Shown here: positions 1-8,620 of the stretch, one piece after another
How positions within the stretch are numbered: position 1 is the first letter of the stretch
Layout of the letters: every line of letters starts with the position of its first letter
IMG/VR virus record: IMGVR_UViG_3300032305_001148
Coordinates: 1 to 34,249 of that record
DNA length: 34,249 nt
Source: a virus
Lineage: Duplodnaviria; Caudoviricetes
Direction: 5' to 3' (one strand)
Notes under the pieces: model-generated
Told to the model about the DNA's origin: nothing
The model's input: the letters and a program-made list of their open reading frames with translations, nothing else
Database searches by the model: none
Program-made: the position numbers and the translations under genes

Positions 1-1
1 G

Positions 2-298
2 GAGACTCTGGAGAATGGAAGGATGAAAGAAGGGCTGGTTCAGGAACCAGTCAAGAACGTCGCTAGAGCCCTTGCTTCGATTACATGATTGACACGCAGC
101 CACGAGGTTAGAAGCATCGTTGCAGCCTCCATTAACCTTGGCTTTGACGTGATCAAGCGTGAGAGATTCAGAAGAACCACAGTAAACGCAACGGTGGTTG
201 TAGTGAGCCTTGATTGACTCTCGCCACTGTCGCTTCGCTTCAGAGCTGGTCATGGCTTGGAGATCCTGGAGAAGATGGTCCGGGGTCAAACTTGGCAT
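2..298 (-). CDS. HNH endonuclease (runs off window edge; not in ORF track)
   Basis: Manual translation from ATG at 298: MPSLTPDHLLQDLQAMTSSEAKRQWRESIKAHYNHRCVYCGSSESLTLDHVKAKVNGGCNDASNLVAACQSCNRSKG... It has CxxC, LTLDHV, NLV and CxxCNxxK, the zinc-binding HNH signature. No stop before position 1. Confidence 0.88.
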   Translation of the reverse strand, partial: MPSLTPDHLLQDLQAMTSSEAKRQWRESIKAHYNHRCVYCGSSESLTLDHVKAKVNGGCNDASNLVAACQSCNRSKGSSDVLDWFLNQPFFHPSILQSL

Positions 299-306
299 GA
301 GTGGAT

Positions 307-585
307 TCAGCGTTTCTTCTTGACTGGTTTCCGAACTGCATTATTGCCATGCCCGTTGCGTGCACGGTTCTTGGCCGGAGACTCGAGGACCATGCGACCA
401 TCAGTCGTGTGCGAGAGGTCCTTGCCTCCCTTTCCAGCAATGCCACGCTTTTTGCGCTCTGCCCATCGCTCCTCTGAGGCTGCCTTCACGGCTGGCTTCT
501 TGTTGAGTTTGCGTTGGTAGGCTGCTTTCTTGGCCGCGGCCTTGGGATTCTGGGCGTAATACTTGGCGGATTTACTTTCGGCCAT
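307..585 (-). CDS. small basic protein with degenerate HNH-like motif
   Basis: Likely start MAESKSAKYY at 585, within track ORF 307..732. Very Lys/Arg-rich; DLSH...NRARN resembles a His-Me finger core. Located in the packaging region. Confidence 0.65.
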   Translation of the reverse strand: MAESKSAKYYAQNPKAAAKKAAYQRKLNKKPAVKAASEERWAERKKRGIAGKGGKDLSHTTDGRMVLESPAKNRARNGHGNNAVRKPVKKKR

Positions 586-805
586 GAAACTCCTCGATGA
601 TGGATCTAAGCTCCTTGAGCTCGTCTCGCAGTTTGTCCTCCAGTCGGGTATCCCGCTCGGCGTTGATCTGCAGTGAGTCTTTGAGGGCGGTGGTGGTGGC
701 CTGAAGGCTGGACACCTGGATAAGGAGCCCAACCGAAGTTACAGCAAGCCACCCCATCACGGCCGCAATCGCGGCGAGGACGGCGCCCCTGATCTGTTCG
801 TTCAC
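572..805 (-). CDS. membrane-anchored coiled-coil protein (possible spanin-like lysis protein)
   Basis: N-terminal hydrophobic helix (AVLAAIAAVMGWLAVTSVGLLI) then a heptad-rich tail. GTG start overlaps the upstream stop (GTGA). Confidence 0.6.
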   Translation of the reverse strand: MNEQIRGAVLAAIAAVMGWLAVTSVGLLIQVSSLQATTTALKDSLQINAERDTRLEDKLRDELKELRSIIEEFHGRK

Positions 806-1035
806 TGGGTAAGGGCCTCTACGAACTCTTGGTCGGCCTCAGTCAAACCTTCCATGAGCGAATGGAGGGGGCTTCCCTTGGTGGCGACCCCGGTGATGTT
901 GTTTTTGGCCAGCCAATCGATGGCGGCCTTAAGGTCTGCAGTGGTGCATTCGCCCTTTTGACGGACGCGGGACGCAAGCTCGGAGGTTACGAGCCCATGG
1001 AGCTCATTGAGAGCCCGTTCGGTGGCCTTGGCCAT
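802..1035 (-). CDS. terminase small subunit (T7 gp18-like)
   Basis: KATE..LNELHGLVT...TTADLKAAIDWLAKNNITGV resembles cyanopodovirus gp18-like DNA maturase A. Position downstream of tail and lysis genes fits. Confidence 0.75.
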   Translation of the reverse strand: MAKATERALNELHGLVTSELASRVRQKGECTTADLKAAIDWLAKNNITGVATKGSPLHSLMEGLTEADQEFVEALTQ

Positions 1036-1038
1036 GGT

Positions 1039-2148
1039 TCAAATTACATCGAGGGTCTTGCGGTAGTACCGCTCACGGTCTTTCAGACCATTTTGGCCGC
1101 CATTTACGGCCAGGGTGACGTGCTTGACGTCCAATCCCTCATCCACAAAGGGAATCAGGCGACCAACCTGTGCCCACCACCAGGCTGCCGAGGTAACAGG
1201 GTACGTCTTGGCGACGTAAGGGCAGCCCAATTCCAAGACCTTGGGGTCGCGGATGGCTTGTGAGAACAGGTTGTAGTTGTATCGGCCGGTGAGTTGAAGG
1301 TATCCGGCCCCCTTGAATTTCACTCCATCTCCAGGCAGAGCATTGCCTAGGTCTTCACGTCCTTCGTAGGCTGCTCCGGAGGCCAATTCCTCGAACCACC
1401 GACCTCCGCCACTCTCGTGGGAGATCTGGGCCAAGAAATGACGCACGTTGGGCCTAGAAGTGATGCCAAACCGTGCCATGCCGGTGTTGAGCTCCGACAA
1501 CTCGGCCTTGGAGATTTGATCCGGGCGACATCCCCACACATGAGCAAGTGTTGCAGCCGAAATCGGCAGCGGCGACTCGGGAGTGACGGTCCTGGGGGCC
1601 GTAGCAAGCTCGTAGGTGGTGTAAAAGCCCGGACCGATGGACGGGCTGGCCCATCGGGGAAGGAAGTTCTTCCAGCTGTACCGGACGGACTTGCCTCCGG
1701 AGCCGATCGTTTCGTACCCCCCGTTGATGTTGTCCAACTCCCCATAGGGGTCATGGAAAATGCCGTGGGTTTCGGTGGCTCCGATCAAGAGGACCCAGTG
1801 GCCCCCTCCACGGGGAGCCGTGACGGGCCCGTGGTGCAGGAAGCCCACACCTACCGGACCCAGCTTCAAGGCCCCTAGGAGGTCCTCCACGGTGCCGTTG
1901 GTGAAGCTGCGGAGTTTGACCCCGTATTCCAGGGCGGCCTTCTCGTGGGGCACAGGCTCGGTGGTGTCTCCGTATTTCAGCACCGACTTCAGGTAGCTGT
2001 CGTCGGCATTGTAGCCCTTGAGTGCCTCAGGCTTCAGGAACTTGATGGCCATGGCGTTGGTACTGGAGCGGCACATCCGCTGGCCATGGCCTGTGGCTGA
2101 ATCGATCTGGCTGTAGTATTGAGGAACCTTCCAGAGGATGTCAGTCAT
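1039..2148 (-). CDS. endolysin: C39-like peptidase fused to GH19 chitinase-like lysozyme
   Basis: N-terminal VPQYYSQ..RMC, GGGHWVLLIG and HDPYG (Cys-His-Asp). C-terminal HFLAQISHESGG, FKGAGYLQLTGRYNY and VNGGQNGLKDR are GH19 endolysin motifs. Confidence 0.85.
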   Translation of the reverse strand: MTDILWKVPQYYSQIDSATGHGQRMCRSSTNAMAIKFLKPEALKGYNADDSYLKSVLKYGDTTEPVPHEKAALEYGVKLRSFTNGTVEDLLGALKLGPVGVGFLHHGPVTAPRGGGHWVLLIGATETHGIFHDPYGELDNINGGYETIGSGGKSVRYSWKNFLPRWASPSIGPGFYTTYELATAPRTVTPESPLPISAATLAHVWGCRPDQISKAELSELNTGMARFGITSRPNVRHFLAQISHESGGGRWFEELASGAAYEGREDLGNALPGDGVKFKGAGYLQLTGRYNYNLFSQAIRDPKVLELGCPYVAKTYPVTSAAWWWAQVGRLIPFVDEGLDVKHVTLAVNGGQNGLKDRERYYRKTLDVI

Positions 2149-2378
2149 TAGCGGCCGTCACCTCGGAGGACCTTCTTAATCTCCTCAATCTGATCGTCTT
2201 CTTTGCGGGACGACCTGAGGTAGCCGGTAATGGCCTGGAAGATGGAGTTGGCCTTGATCTTGGGATTGTTGGCCAGGTACTCTGAGGCAATGAAAAAGGA
2301 AAACCAAGCAGCGGAAATGAGGTGCTCAGTGGAGACAACAAGACCGGCGATTTTGACAGCAAGAAAGGAGGTAAGCAT
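2148..2378 (-). CDS. putative holin
   Basis: 76 aa with hydrophobic segments, FIASEYLANNPKIKANSIFQ and a charged C-terminus. TAATG overlap with the endolysin start. Confidence 0.6.
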   Translation of the reverse strand: MLTSFLAVKIAGLVVSTEHLISAAWFSFFIASEYLANNPKIKANSIFQAITGYLRSSRKEDDQIEEIKKVLRGDGR

Positions 2379-2436
2379 AATAAATTGCCAAGGAAAAAGG
2401 ATGCAAGTCTGTGGTGATTACTATTATTACTGTGTA

Positions 2437-4200
2437 TTAGGCAGTGGCAGGAGCGTCTGCATTGATAACGCTGCCGGAGTTAAGCATACAGTTTCGCAGA
2501 TAGGAAACGGTGCCAGCTATTGAATAATTGCCAGCACTGTTGGATGACAAAATTGCCCCGTTGTGAAGTACAGCAACATCTGAAGTGCCTTCTATCCCTC
2601 GACCCGTATTTGCTACTGCTTGGTATGAACTGGTTGATACTCTCGAGCAACCAGAAGTAAGAAAACCTGCAAGTGTGTTTTGGCGAGACTCCAACGCGGA
2701 TGCGATAACTTGAGAGCTGGCAAGAAAATAAAAACCGTTTCCTCCATTTAAAAAAGCAAGGCAATTAGAAATAGTTATATCTTCACATACGGAAAAGAAT
2801 GCGCCATGGCTTTTGCTTTGCAAAAAAGTACATCCAGATACCGAAACTCGGCTGCAGTTGGATAGTTCAATTCCACAGGCAGTTGCACTAGCCGTCACAA
2901 ACCCATTAAAAATGCTGTTAGAAACAACAAAATAAGATGTGTTAGTAGCTCTTATTGCTGAAAGATTTGTGTTGGGAGACGAGCAGTGAAGCACTCGAAC
3001 ATTAGCGCAAGTTTGAAAATAAAAGGCGTGGCCTCCAACGTGATCCGGAATTACATTTTCTAAATGAATAAAATTTGTGTTAATAAAATGGTATCCGTGC
3101 TGGGAAGATTGAATGCTAGTAATGTTAGTTCCGTCGTGTGACCCGTCTCTAACAAAAATTCCTTCTCCGTTTTCAATTCTTACAGCAGGATAATTATAGT
3201 TTGTGCCAGAAAGTCCTACCCTGCTGACACCAAACCCATCAATGTAAATGTAGGCAAAATGTTTTTGTGTGTAGATGCCGTAGCCTTTGTGTGCGTTTAG
3301 TAATACATCGCTAATTACGGCATTTATGAGCAGATTTGACCCGGCGTTGTCTTCGTAAAAGCCAAACAAATTTTCTCCTCGTATGTTAGAAACTCTAATG
3401 TTGGTAAGAGCGTGGTTGGCTGTGTCTATCATTATGACAGCAGCAGACAGGGGAGATCCGGCGTAAAGTCTGAAGTTCTCTAAGGTAAAGAAACTAGCTT
3501 TTACCTTAAGCATGTTGTTGGCTCCAGTCGCCACCCTGATGGTTGGCATTCCCAAACCATGAAGGGTAGTGCCGGACTGTGTGACCAGCAACTGTCCACT
3601 AATTAAATATTCTACCGATGGTTTTGGCACCACTACTGTGCCACCAACGTTTAGAGCTGCTTGAAATGCTGCCGTGTCATCCGTAACCCCGTCTCCCACC
3701 GCGCCAAAGTCCTTAACGCTAACAGAATCTTGCAACTTGCTAGTTATGGTCCTACCGACCGCTCCAGTACCAGACTGAGTAAAGGTAACCTGAGTGTTGG
3801 CAACAGCGAGGGCAGTGTTTGCCGTGTTGGTTGCTGCAGTAATCTGCGCTTGCAGCCCAGCAGTAGATTGATTGGCAGCGTCGTACTGGGTTTCCTGACT
3901 GTAGTACAGGTTTTGAAGAAAGTTACTGTTGAGTCCAGCAACCGACAAGGGACCGCCAGGTTGAATCACTGCAGCAAGTGTATCTGCAGGAGTTTCTCGG
4001 ACAATCTTGACTTCGGTACCATTGGATGGAGGGGAAGCAAGCCTCAGCACATTGGTGCTAAAAAACGTAAAGGCTGTGGTTTGCACACCATTAAGGAAGG
4101 CCTTAATGTGAGTAGTTGCAATGTACGGAAAGGTGAACGCGAAGTCCACCTGAGTTCCGTTTCCAGTTGTAATCGCTGGAGCGTAGGGGTTAATTGCCAT
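2437..4200 (-). CDS. tail fiber/tailspike (T7 gp17-like N-terminal anchor plus pectate-lyase-like beta-helix)
   Basis: GNGTQVDFAFTFPYI...VKIVRETP...LNSNFLQNLYYSQE is the gp17 anchor. SVKDFGAVGDGVTDDTAAFQAAL starts a parallel beta-helix, followed by Asn/Cys/Gly ladder repeats. Confidence 0.88.
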   Translation of the reverse strand: MAINPYAPAITTGNGTQVDFAFTFPYIATTHIKAFLNGVQTTAFTFFSTNVLRLASPPSNGTEVKIVRETPADTLAAVIQPGGPLSVAGLNSNFLQNLYYSQETQYDAANQSTAGLQAQITAATNTANTALAVANTQVTFTQSGTGAVGRTITSKLQDSVSVKDFGAVGDGVTDDTAAFQAALNVGGTVVVPKPSVEYLISGQLLVTQSGTTLHGLGMPTIRVATGANNMLKVKASFFTLENFRLYAGSPLSAAVIMIDTANHALTNIRVSNIRGENLFGFYEDNAGSNLLINAVISDVLLNAHKGYGIYTQKHFAYIYIDGFGVSRVGLSGTNYNYPAVRIENGEGIFVRDGSHDGTNITSIQSSQHGYHFINTNFIHLENVIPDHVGGHAFYFQTCANVRVLHCSSPNTNLSAIRATNTSYFVVSNSIFNGFVTASATACGIELSNCSRVSVSGCTFLQSKSHGAFFSVCEDITISNCLAFLNGGNGFYFLASSQVIASALESRQNTLAGFLTSGCSRVSTSSYQAVANTGRGIEGTSDVAVLHNGAILSSNSAGNYSIAGTVSYLRNCMLNSGSVINADAPATA

Positions 4201-7200
4201 CGTTAAGAGCGTCGATTGCTTGCTGGGTCTGGGTGGCTGCGTTCACTTCGCCGCGGCCTTGTTGAGCACGGCGCAAACGCACAAGATCGGTGCGTGCCCT
4301 CCATTTGTCGGAGTTGTTGAGCATTACGGCCCTGGCCTCAGCCTTGATCTGGTTGATGGTCAGGGTGATCTGTTCGTGATGATCAGAATCCTCAGCAATC
4401 TGCGAGGAGGTGCGTGACTTCCATCCTGTCAGGGCTTGCTGGTAAGTAGGGCTGTTAAAGAGATCATTTAGCCGCTCGGCCAGTTTGACCTCGTGGAGCG
4501 CCTTTGCAAAGTCGGCTCGCTCGTCCTTGGCGATTTCCTCCCCCTGGTCGTACTTGGTGGTGAGGAGGCTGGAATCCCACCCAGCATCGGTCAGGTTGGA
4601 AGCCACAGACTGCGCCAAGGCTTCTGGAGACCCCTTGGGAAACTCTGCGTCGTAGATTCTGAATGGAGAGAGGGCATTGTACCAGCCCCCTGCAAGCGAC
4701 GTGAAGGGCTTTCCGGTGAATGGATCGATCTTGGTCGGCTCGTTCAGGGCAAATCCTGGAGCGGCAGCAGCCAGGACTTTCTGAAGCTCACCATCGATCT
4801 CTCGCATGTAGGGATTCAGGATGTTGGCCATGGCCCGACGGGCACCAGCCATTGGTAGGAAATTGTTGGCTGTCGATATGAGTCCCTTGGCAACCGGATC
4901 TGGTGTGGTGTAGGTCTTGGGGTCCAGGAAACCTGCAACGACCGTGAGGCCGCTGAGGTAGCTCTTGTCCACAATGGAAATCGACAAGGCAAACCCTACC
5001 TGAGAAGTAAACTGCTCCATCACGTCGATGTGGCCCATCCGTCCCAACATGGCGATGTCGCCCATGACGGCCATTAGGTTGTTGATTGGCTCGATCGACT
5101 CGTAAGAGATCCACTTGCCTGCCACCTTGATGGAGCGGGGGCGGTGTTCCTGCAGCCAGAGCTCCCTGGCAGGGCCTGGAGGTGGTCCGTTGCCTGTGAG
5201 ATTGCCGTTAAGAGCAGCCATGCCTCCTGCAGCCACGAACAAAGCTCCTGTGGCCTGTCGACCTTGCATGATGGCCTTGGCCACAGGGTCGAATCCTTCG
5301 TCTCCAGGCATGGAGTTCAGGACAGCCCGGGCACGGCTGCTCGCCAGGTTGAGGAGAGGGACGTGCTGGGCGCCATAGACGGCCAGGTTGTAAGGAGTCC
5401 GCACGAACGGCATAGCCAGACGCAGGATTGGAGCGGCACTTCTCAGCTGAGAAATGGCATTGATCACGCTTCCAGGGTTATCCTGAAAGGTGGAAGCGTC
5501 AGCCCAGTCGAGTAGATGCTCGTCCTTGATCTGGAAGTCGTCATGGAAACTGGCCTTGTACTTCTGGGCATAGATTTCACCAAACCGAGCATCAAGCTCC
5601 TTTGGTGATAGCCCTTTGTCGAAGGCTGCATACGCCGAATCCATGGAGATCTTCATGCGGCTGTTGATGATCTTGAAGAAATCATCCCCGGCCACCAGGG
5701 CACGGCTGCCCCAGCTGAAAAGCTTGTTGTCCTGGACCTTGTAGAGGGTGTCAATGATGCCTAGGGCCATCTGCTCAGCCGTGTTGCCGCTGTCCCTGGC
5801 TAGGATTCGAACGGCCTCAAGTTTGGCTAGAGCCTTGGTCTCCTCCATCATGAACTTGGTGTTCAGTTGCAGGGGCTCTCCTGTGGCAAAACTCCTCCGC
5901 ATCACGGCAAAGGCGTCACTCATAGAGGTGGCAATGCCCTTGTAAGCTGAGACTGCGGCGTAGCGTGCTCTTGGATCCTTGATCCCCATAAGGCCAAGGC
6001 TGAGGGGTTTCTCGATGGAGGCGTAGGTGTTGCCGGCTAGGTTCCTCAGTTGAGAGATTGGGCCTGACAGAATGGAATTGTAAAGACCATTCATGGCATT
6101 TTGCCAGCCCACATCCATCATCACGTTGATGTGCTTAAGGGTGCCGGCGGGGTCTCCACCGTTGAGGACGAGAGCTCGCACTAAGGCAGTACGCTCGGCC
6201 AGCGCATCAGCATCTTGGCCAGCCCTGGAGAGTTTGTGGATCTTGGTGATCCACTCCTTCATCTTCTTGCTTTCAGCAGCCGCCTTTTCCATTGGACTCT
6301 GGCCACGAGGGCCCTTGACGGGCTTCCCATCGGCACCCAGAATCTCCTGAAACATCCTCAGGTTGTAGCCGCTGTCGTAGCCGCTGAGTTTGTGGAGCTC
6401 ACTGAGGGTGACCAGCCGATCGGCAAGGCGATCCATCTGGTTCCCAGGGTTCCGTCCAGCAGCATACAGCTCGTCAAGGCTCTTTGACAGTTCGTAGATC
6501 TGATTCGTTGTGTCGGTGATGAACGTCTTGGTGGCAATGACACCCTTGGCACTCAGCAGTTCCTTGGTGACCCCTTCCTCAGTGACATTGCGGAGGGCTC
6601 CTTGAGAGCGCAGCAGGGCCACGATCTCCTCACCATCAGGGGTGTAGTCGTCTGCCACCTGGACAGCTTGCCTAAAGGCCTGAACGATGCGGGCCGAATG
6701 CTCAAGGTTTTCCGCTACGGACCGACCAGTCTGCTTGGCAATGTTCCGCAGATCCATATTGTCCACAAAGGACTTGAGGGTGGTCAGTGTGGCCTTGTTG
6801 ACATCGGGTGCCGTGGACAGGATCTTGTAGAAGGCGTCGGTGAACACCGAAGGGCTCTTGCCCATGGTTGGGCTTGTGGCTCCTTTCAGGATGGCAGGAT
6901 CGGCATCGGCTCGGCGAGCCACCTTGGGAACGGAGGTCTCGAGTCGGATCTGATCGGCTGCGGCTGCGTTGGGTGGGATCGAATCGTCAAAGGTAGCCAG
7001 CTCCTCGGCACGCATGTTGGTAGGATCATTCGAAAGATCCATCTCGAGCTGGGCCCGTTCCTCGGCTAGATCAGTCAGTTTCTGCTCCAGATCCTGAATG
7101 CGCTGTGATTCCGGATCGAGTTGCTTTGCAGGAGCATCCAGACCAATCTCGAGCTGTTTAGGATCGGGGGCGTCTGCTGCTGCTGCCTTGGTTGCATCTT

Positions 7201-8527
7201 CGACCTCAGCCTTGGCTGCTTCGTACTCAGGGCTCCAGTATGGGTCCCCTTCCTCCACTTCTTTGAGATTAGCCTTGGCTACCTCAAGTCTGCGCTCTGC
7301 GTTCTCAGTTGGGAGATTAGACAGCTCCCTTCTCAGTTCAGGCGTAAGCGGTGGGGACGGGGTTACGTCCCTGAGTGGCAACTCCAGCTGCTTGTTCTTG
7401 AGGCTGTCGAGCTCGGTCTCCAGCTCGATACGGCGGGCCTCCAGCTCACGGACTCGACCATTGGTGGCGACGGACCATTGCTTGTCGGATAGATCGGTCT
7501 TGGTTGCCTTGGCTGCCTGAGCCTCCTCGGCACCTTGGGCGACCCCACGGGCCATCGCTTCCTCAGGAGGCAATCCCTGCTTCAGAAAGCCCTGGGTGGC
7601 CTTGCGAGCAAGCAGGAGATAGCTGAGGCTGTCCGCGGCCTTGCCCACGACTCCTCCCGAAATGCCTGCCTTGAGTTTGGAGATGAAAGCATTGTCGGTC
7701 CGGTTGGAGGCCAGACCCAATGACCACAGCTCTTCGGTTTCTGGGGTGATAAAAGGAAGGTCTCGAACCAAGTTGGCAAAGTTAGGATCGCCGGCCTTGG
7801 TGAGTAGGAAGTCTGCAGCAGCACCGGCAGGGATGCCTGTGATGCCTGCTGTGGCTGTTCGCCTGATCAAGCTGGAGCCTGTGGGAGCGAGCTTGGCTGC
7901 TGCTCCTATTTGGGGAAGCCGTCGGGCCACCGAAAAGGTGGTGAGGGCAAGCGAGAGGATGTCGGCTCCCAGTTGACCAGCTGGCGTGCTGGGGCGATTC
8001 TCCGGGGCCATGGAGTTGAACCGGATATCTCGGTACTCCTTCTCTAGGGGATCCCAGGACTTGGGCAGTTCGGGAAGGGCCATGCCGGAGACCTTCTTGA
8101 GGGCCTTCTCGGCGGCGCTGTAGGCACTCAAACCACCCCAGATGGCCGTCTCTCCAATACCCTCGACGATCCCGGTTAGGCCGGCATCCACGGCCCGCCC
8201 GATCTCCTTGATGGGAGCTAAGACGCCCTCATTGCCGTCGTTTGCAGTGACCTTGCGGAAAAGCTCCACAGGACCGGGAATGAGCGGCTTAAATCCTGGT
8301 CCCGTGTCAGGGATAATCTTCCTGGGCTTCGGGACATTAGGATCAACAGGCCTGTCTTTGGCCTTGATTATTTTACGCCCGTTGGGGTCCATGCCCTTGG
8401 CGAGATTGTCCGCAGCCTTCCTGCGTTTCTCTTCCTCGCGCTGGCGCTGGCGCTCCTTTTCGGCGGCGGCGTTGGCGTCGGTTATCTCGGTAATAGTGGG
8501 CAGACTAGGATCGCGTGCGGGTGCCAT
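4190..8527 (-). CDS. internal virion (ejection) protein D, gp16-like
   Basis: 1445 aa helical protein immediately upstream of the tail fiber. Motifs include NSILSGP, AGDDFFK, MPFVRTPYN and DKSYLSG. T7 synteny. Confidence 0.78.
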   Translation of the reverse strand: MAPARDPSLPTITEITDANAAAEKERQRQREEEKRRKAADNLAKGMDPNGRKIIKAKDRPVDPNVPKPRKIIPDTGPGFKPLIPGPVELFRKVTANDGNEGVLAPIKEIGRAVDAGLTGIVEGIGETAIWGGLSAYSAAEKALKKVSGMALPELPKSWDPLEKEYRDIRFNSMAPENRPSTPAGQLGADILSLALTTFSVARRLPQIGAAAKLAPTGSSLIRRTATAGITGIPAGAAADFLLTKAGDPNFANLVRDLPFITPETEELWSLGLASNRTDNAFISKLKAGISGGVVGKAADSLSYLLLARKATQGFLKQGLPPEEAMARGVAQGAEEAQAAKATKTDLSDKQWSVATNGRVRELEARRIELETELDSLKNKQLELPLRDVTPSPPLTPELRRELSNLPTENAERRLEVAKANLKEVEEGDPYWSPEYEAAKAEVEDATKAAAADAPDPKQLEIGLDAPAKQLDPESQRIQDLEQKLTDLAEERAQLEMDLSNDPTNMRAEELATFDDSIPPNAAAADQIRLETSVPKVARRADADPAILKGATSPTMGKSPSVFTDAFYKILSTAPDVNKATLTTLKSFVDNMDLRNIAKQTGRSVAENLEHSARIVQAFRQAVQVADDYTPDGEEIVALLRSQGALRNVTEEGVTKELLSAKGVIATKTFITDTTNQIYELSKSLDELYAAGRNPGNQMDRLADRLVTLSELHKLSGYDSGYNLRMFQEILGADGKPVKGPRGQSPMEKAAAESKKMKEWITKIHKLSRAGQDADALAERTALVRALVLNGGDPAGTLKHINVMMDVGWQNAMNGLYNSILSGPISQLRNLAGNTYASIEKPLSLGLMGIKDPRARYAAVSAYKGIATSMSDAFAVMRRSFATGEPLQLNTKFMMEETKALAKLEAVRILARDSGNTAEQMALGIIDTLYKVQDNKLFSWGSRALVAGDDFFKIINSRMKISMDSAYAAFDKGLSPKELDARFGEIYAQKYKASFHDDFQIKDEHLLDWADASTFQDNPGSVINAISQLRSAAPILRLAMPFVRTPYNLAVYGAQHVPLLNLASSRARAVLNSMPGDEGFDPVAKAIMQGRQATGALFVAAGGMAALNGNLTGNGPPPGPARELWLQEHRPRSIKVAGKWISYESIEPINNLMAVMGDIAMLGRMGHIDVMEQFTSQVGFALSISIVDKSYLSGLTVVAGFLDPKTYTTPDPVAKGLISTANNFLPMAGARRAMANILNPYMREIDGELQKVLAAAAPGFALNEPTKIDPFTGKPFTSLAGGWYNALSPFRIYDAEFPKGSPEALAQSVASNLTDAGWDSSLLTTKYDQGEEIAKDERADFAKALHEVKLAERLNDLFNSPTYQQALTGWKSRTSSQIAEDSDHHEQITLTINQIKAEARAVMLNNSDKWRARTDLVRLRRAQQGRGEVNAATQTQQAIDALNDGN

Positions 8528-8544
8528 AAGGAAGAGTGCGAAAT

Positions 8545-8584
8545 TAAAGAAACCGAAAACCCCGCCAGACGCATCCAGCGGGGT
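8545..8584 (-). terminator. intrinsic terminator-like hairpin between gp15 and gp16
   Basis: Minus strand ACCCCGCUGGA-UGCG-UCUGGCGGGGU (11 bp with 2 G-U), followed by UUUCGGUUUCUUU. Confidence 0.6.
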
Positions 8585-8620
8585 GTGTGATCGGAGGGTG
8601 AGGACGGTAAACCGTCTACA

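Noticed and set aside
2421-2439. TAATACACAGTAATAATAG resembling a T7 promoter before the holin
   Set aside because: The specificity core does not match, the context is AT-rich, and I found no second copy.
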